From NCBI GenBank assembly GCA_040767085.1, contig JAXGPF010000004.1:1-64000 (forward strand): 64,000 nucleotides of DNA, given 5' to 3'. Positions within the stretch are counted from its first letter, which is position 1. Every line of letters begins with the position of its first letter. Of this stretch, positions 60,865-64,000 are shown piece after piece. Both the position numbers and the translations under genes were made by a program. This DNA comes from Kiritimatiellia bacterium (GTDB lineage: Bacteria; Verrucomicrobiota; Kiritimatiellia; JAAZAB01). Below the pieces are notes generated by a model, which saw only the letters and a program-made list of their open reading frames with translations, was not told where the DNA came from and did not search any database.

Positions 60865-61994
60865 AGACATATTTGGGATGGTTTGGATGCGCGCTGGCGA
60901 TGCTGCTGGCGGCAGGTTGCGGCAAGCAACAGGGAGCGGGCGAGCCGGCCCGGAAACCGCTGGCCTTGGTGCAGGTAGCGCAGGCGGAGAAGCGCGATCT
61001 TTCGAAGACACTTTCCTATACCGGCTCCGTGGAGCCGGTGAAGGTGGCGCGCATGGCGTCGCCGGCGGAAGGCCCGGTCGTGGAGTGCTCGGTCCGCGAG
61101 GGCGATGCGGTCAAGCAAGGCCAGATTCTGGTAAAAGTTGGCCGTAGCCGGATCGCCGAGACCGGACTTGATGCAGCCCGCGAGGAATTCCGCCGGCAGG
61201 AAGCGGAGTTTAAACGCGTCGCGCAATTGGTTAAAAGCGGATCTTTGGCGGGCGAACAACTGGACGCGGCGCGTTCGAATCTGAAGCGCGCCGAAGCACT
61301 GGTAGCGGCGATGGAGACGGGCGCGAGCGACTATGAAATTGAGGCGCCTTGGGATGGAATCGTCGCCAAGGTCTGGATATCTGAAGGTAACTACGTCTCG
61401 CCGCGCACGCCGTTGGTGGAAATCTACGAGCCGGCAAGCCTTGTTGTTCGGCTGTCCGTTCCCGAGCAGCAAGCGCTTGCGGTTCAAAAGGATCAACCTG
61501 TCAGCATCTCCCTGGACGCCTATCCGGACCGGCATTTCGGCGGCAAAATCGTCCGCGTGTATCCTGAACTGGAGCGCGTGACCCGGACCTTAACGGCGGA
61601 AGCCGTGGTGAGTGACGACGTGCGACTCCTGAGCGGCATGTTCGCCCGGGTGGAGGTCGCGGTGCAAACGTTGACGAATGCCGTCATGGTGCCGGAAAGC
61701 GCTTTGGTGGTGTTGCCCGGCGGGGAGACGGTTGCGTTCGTATTGGTGGACGGGAAAGCCGTCCGCCGCAAGGTCAAGGCGGCGATGGAGGCCGGCGGAG
61801 CCGTGGCCGTCGAAAGCGGCGTTCAGAGCGGCGAAATGGTGATTACCCGGGGCCACGATGCGCTCAAGGATGGCGCGCCGGTTCAGGTCTTGGGGCGGAA
61901 GCAGCAGGGTCCCGGCGGTCCCGCTGGCGCGGCCGGTAATCCCGTTCCCGCCAAGACCAAAAAACCAGCCGGGAAGGACCAGCCCGCATCATGA
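60861..61994 (+). CDS. RND membrane fusion protein (periplasmic adaptor)
   Basis: Lipobox AGC, VREGDAVKQGQ, IEAPWDGIV, LLSGMFARV. Confidence 0.92.
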   Translation: MKTYLGWFGCALAMLLAAGCGKQQGAGEPARKPLALVQVAQAEKRDLSKTLSYTGSVEPVKVARMASPAEGPVVECSVREGDAVKQGQILVKVGRSRIAETGLDAAREEFRRQEAEFKRVAQLVKSGSLAGEQLDAARSNLKRAEALVAAMETGASDYEIEAPWDGIVAKVWISEGNYVSPRTPLVEIYEPASLVVRLSVPEQQALAVQKDQPVSISLDAYPDRHFGGKIVRVYPELERVTRTLTAEAVVSDDVRLLSGMFARVEVAVQTLTNAVMVPESALVVLPGGETVAFVLVDGKAVRRKVKAAMEAGGAVAVESGVQSGEMVITRGHDALKDGAPVQVLGRKQQGPGGPAGAAGNPVPAKTKKPAGKDQPAS

Positions 61995-64000
61995 AGATTA
62001 CGGATGTCAGTTTGAGGCACAAGGTGGCGGTGACGGTGCTTGCCGTCGCCGCGGCCGTGCTCGGCTGGTTCGGACTGACCCGATTGGACGTGGACTATCT
62101 GCCGGAAATCACCTATCCCATGGTGAAAATCCACATCTGGTGGCGCGGCGCCACGCCGGAAGAAATCGACACCAATATCGCCGATCCGGTCGAGCGCGCC
62201 ATGGCCGCGATTGATCACCTGGATTATCTCGATTCTTCCAGCATCGAAGGCATGTACACGCTGCTGGTGAACTTCCAGTTCGGCGTGGACGTGGACACGG
62301 CCTATCAGGATGTCATGGCGGTGATGGGCCGGATAAATCGTGAACTGCCGTCTGACATGGAACCGCCCATGATCATGAAGGCCGACCCGTCCCAGTTGCC
62401 CGTGATGGAGGTGGCGCTCGCCTCTGACCGGCGCAGTTTGGTGTGGTTGCGCGATTGGGCGGACAACTGGCTGGTGGATCGGCTGAGCGCGGTTCCGGGC
62501 ACGGCCGGCGCCGAGGTGGTTGGCGGCCTCAAAAGGGAAATCCGCGTGCATCTCGATCCGCAACGGATGATCGCGTACAACCTTTCGCCCGCGCGGGTCG
62601 CGGAGGCCTTGCGCGACGAGAACCGCCAGATCTTTGCCGGCCGGGTCACGGTGGAGACGAGGGAAATCATCGCCCGGACGATGGGCGAATTCGAGAGTCT
62701 TGAAGAAATCCGCAACGTCGCCCTCGCGCGCGGGGCGAACGGCGAACTCGTTTACGTGCGCGATGTGGCCGCGGTCGAGGAGTCCTACGAGGAAATGCGG
62801 GTTAACACCCGCTTCAACGCGCGGCCTTGCGTCAAGCTCAACGTGCTCAAGCAGGCCGAAGCCAATACCGTGCAGGTGGCGGCCGCGGTCAAGGCCAAAT
62901 TGGCGGCGCTGCGTTCCGAGATGCCGGAGGACATCGAATTCGGCGTGGTCGAAAATCAGGGCGACTACGTCATGCACGCCATCCTGAGCGTGCGCGATTC
63001 CGCGATTCTGGCCGCGATGCTTGTCATTCTGGTGACCTATTTCTTCCTCGGCCACTGGCGGCAGGTGGTGGTCATGCTCGTGGCGCTGCCCGTGACATTG
63101 CTGGCGAACTTTTTCCTTATGCGGCTGGCGGGGTTTTCCCTGAACCTCTTTTCGCTGGGCGGGTTGGTGGTGGCCTTGGGCGTGATTCTTGACAATTCAA
63201 TCATTGTGCTTGAGAACATCACCCGCCTGAAACACGAGGAAGCCTCGCTGGCGCATGGCCGTTCGGAAAACGTTACCGTGCGCGCTACGGCCGAAGTGGG
63301 ACCGGCTCTGATCGCTTCGACCGTAACGTTTCTGGCCATATTCCTGCCGTTCCTGTTCGTTCCGGGGATGGCCTCGCTCTTATTTAAGGAATTGGTGCTG
63401 GTGGTGGCCGGGATCGTTCTGCTTTCCCTGCTCGTCGCCACGACGCTGACCCCGTTTCTCGCCGACCGTTTATTGGCCGGCGTGAAAGGCGGCGGCAAGG
63501 CCGGACGCTTGGCGCGGGCCTTCGACGGGCTGGTTGATCGCGTAACGGATGCCTATGGGGCGGGGCTGAAATGGGTTCTGCGCCTCCGCTGGGTTGTGCT
63601 GGCGCTCTTTCTCGTGCTGCTGGGCCTGGCGGCGTATCTGTATCCCCGGGTCGGATCGGAGTTCCTGCCCAAGGTGGACGACGGCCGGGTGATGGTGAAG
63701 CTCAAGCTGCCGGCGGGGACTTCTGTCGGCGAAACCGACCGGATACTGCATCGAGTGGAAGCGCGGCTCCAAGGTCTGCCGGAAATTCAAAGCATGTTCA
63801 CCATGGCGGGAGGACGGGTGTGGGGGCTGGCGACTTACGAGATTGCCCAGGAGGGCGAAGTGGATATTCAGCTTCTGTCCAAGGCCAAGCGCTCGCTCAG
63901 CACCGAGCAGTTTGTCGAGAAGATCAAGCCGCTGGTCAAGCAAGCCATGGCGCCCGGAGCGAAGATGCCGGTGATGCAGATGAAACTCAAGGGAATTCGC
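61991..64000 (+). CDS. AcrB/AcrD/AcrF-family RND permease, truncated by window end
   Basis: Not in ORF track; ATG 61991 MKITDVSLRHKV..., LDVDYLPEI, LNLFSLGGLVVALGVILDNSIIVLENI, EFLPKVDDG. Confidence 0.92.
   Translation, partial: MKITDVSLRHKVAVTVLAVAAAVLGWFGLTRLDVDYLPEITYPMVKIHIWWRGATPEEIDTNIADPVERAMAAIDHLDYLDSSSIEGMYTLLVNFQFGVDVDTAYQDVMAVMGRINRELPSDMEPPMIMKADPSQLPVMEVALASDRRSLVWLRDWADNWLVDRLSAVPGTAGAEVVGGLKREIRVHLDPQRMIAYNLSPARVAEALRDENRQIFAGRVTVETREIIARTMGEFESLEEIRNVALARGANGELVYVRDVAAVEESYEEMRVNTRFNARPCVKLNVLKQAEANTVQVAAAVKAKLAALRSEMPEDIEFGVVENQGDYVMHAILSVRDSAILAAMLVILVTYFFLGHWRQVVVMLVALPVTLLANFFLMRLAGFSLNLFSLGGLVVALGVILDNSIIVLENITRLKHEEASLAHGRSENVTVRATAEVGPALIASTVTFLAIFLPFLFVPGMASLLFKELVLVVAGIVLLSLLVATTLTPFLADRLLAGVKGGGKAGRLARAFDGLVDRVTDAYGAGLKWVLRLRWVVLALFLVLLGLAAYLYPRVGSEFLPKVDDGRVMVKLKLPAGTSVGETDRILHRVEARLQGLPEIQSMFTMAGGRVWGLATYEIAQEGEVDIQLLSKAKRSLSTEQFVEKIKPLVKQAMAPGAKMPVMQMKLKGIR

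Overview
GC-rich bacterial window; gene content (aroA'/aroB', [FeFe]-hydrogenase, intergenic 6-8-mer arrays) suggests an anaerobe, possibly PVC group (inference only). (1) 1-12270 is the right part of an integrated phage-satellite-like element ending at the 3' end of tRNA-Thr(TGT). It carries Cro-like and AlpA-like regulators, a DnaB_N-AAA helicase followed by an iteron-rich origin, a Nu1-like small terminase without TerL/portal/capsid, a ParB-N + PAPS-reductase-like pair, an HExxH peptidase, a stand-alone TSCPD domain, an ERCC4 nuclease, a ~1.9 kb polarised repeat-rich non-coding tract and arm-type repeats at the att end. No integrase is in the window. (2) 12.6-23.9 kb: type IV pilus/T2SS-like locus (pilMNOP, Ig lipoprotein, secretin, degenerate hybrid kinase; pilin with sigma-54 promoter; NtrC/PilR-like regulator). 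(3) wzm/wzt and a nitroreductase. (4) 26.6-40.1 kb: a tightly packed 8-gene uncharacterised membrane operon (2 ABC ATPases, PqqD/RRE-like protein, 1669-aa pseudo-M28-peptidase/FtsX fusion, OPT-like transporter, DUF6785-like protein with coiled-coil insert, short FtsX permease, soluble unknown), the best candidate for an undescribed system. (5) aroA'/aroB', GspE, YfhO-like, DUF2961, Na+/H+ antiporter, tRNA-Val(TAC). (6) Sensor kinase + HydB/HydA/HydC hydrogenase + two stand-alone receivers. (7) ArsR-permease-TolC-MFP-RND efflux operon running off the right end. All family calls are from motif recognition by eye; no searches were run.
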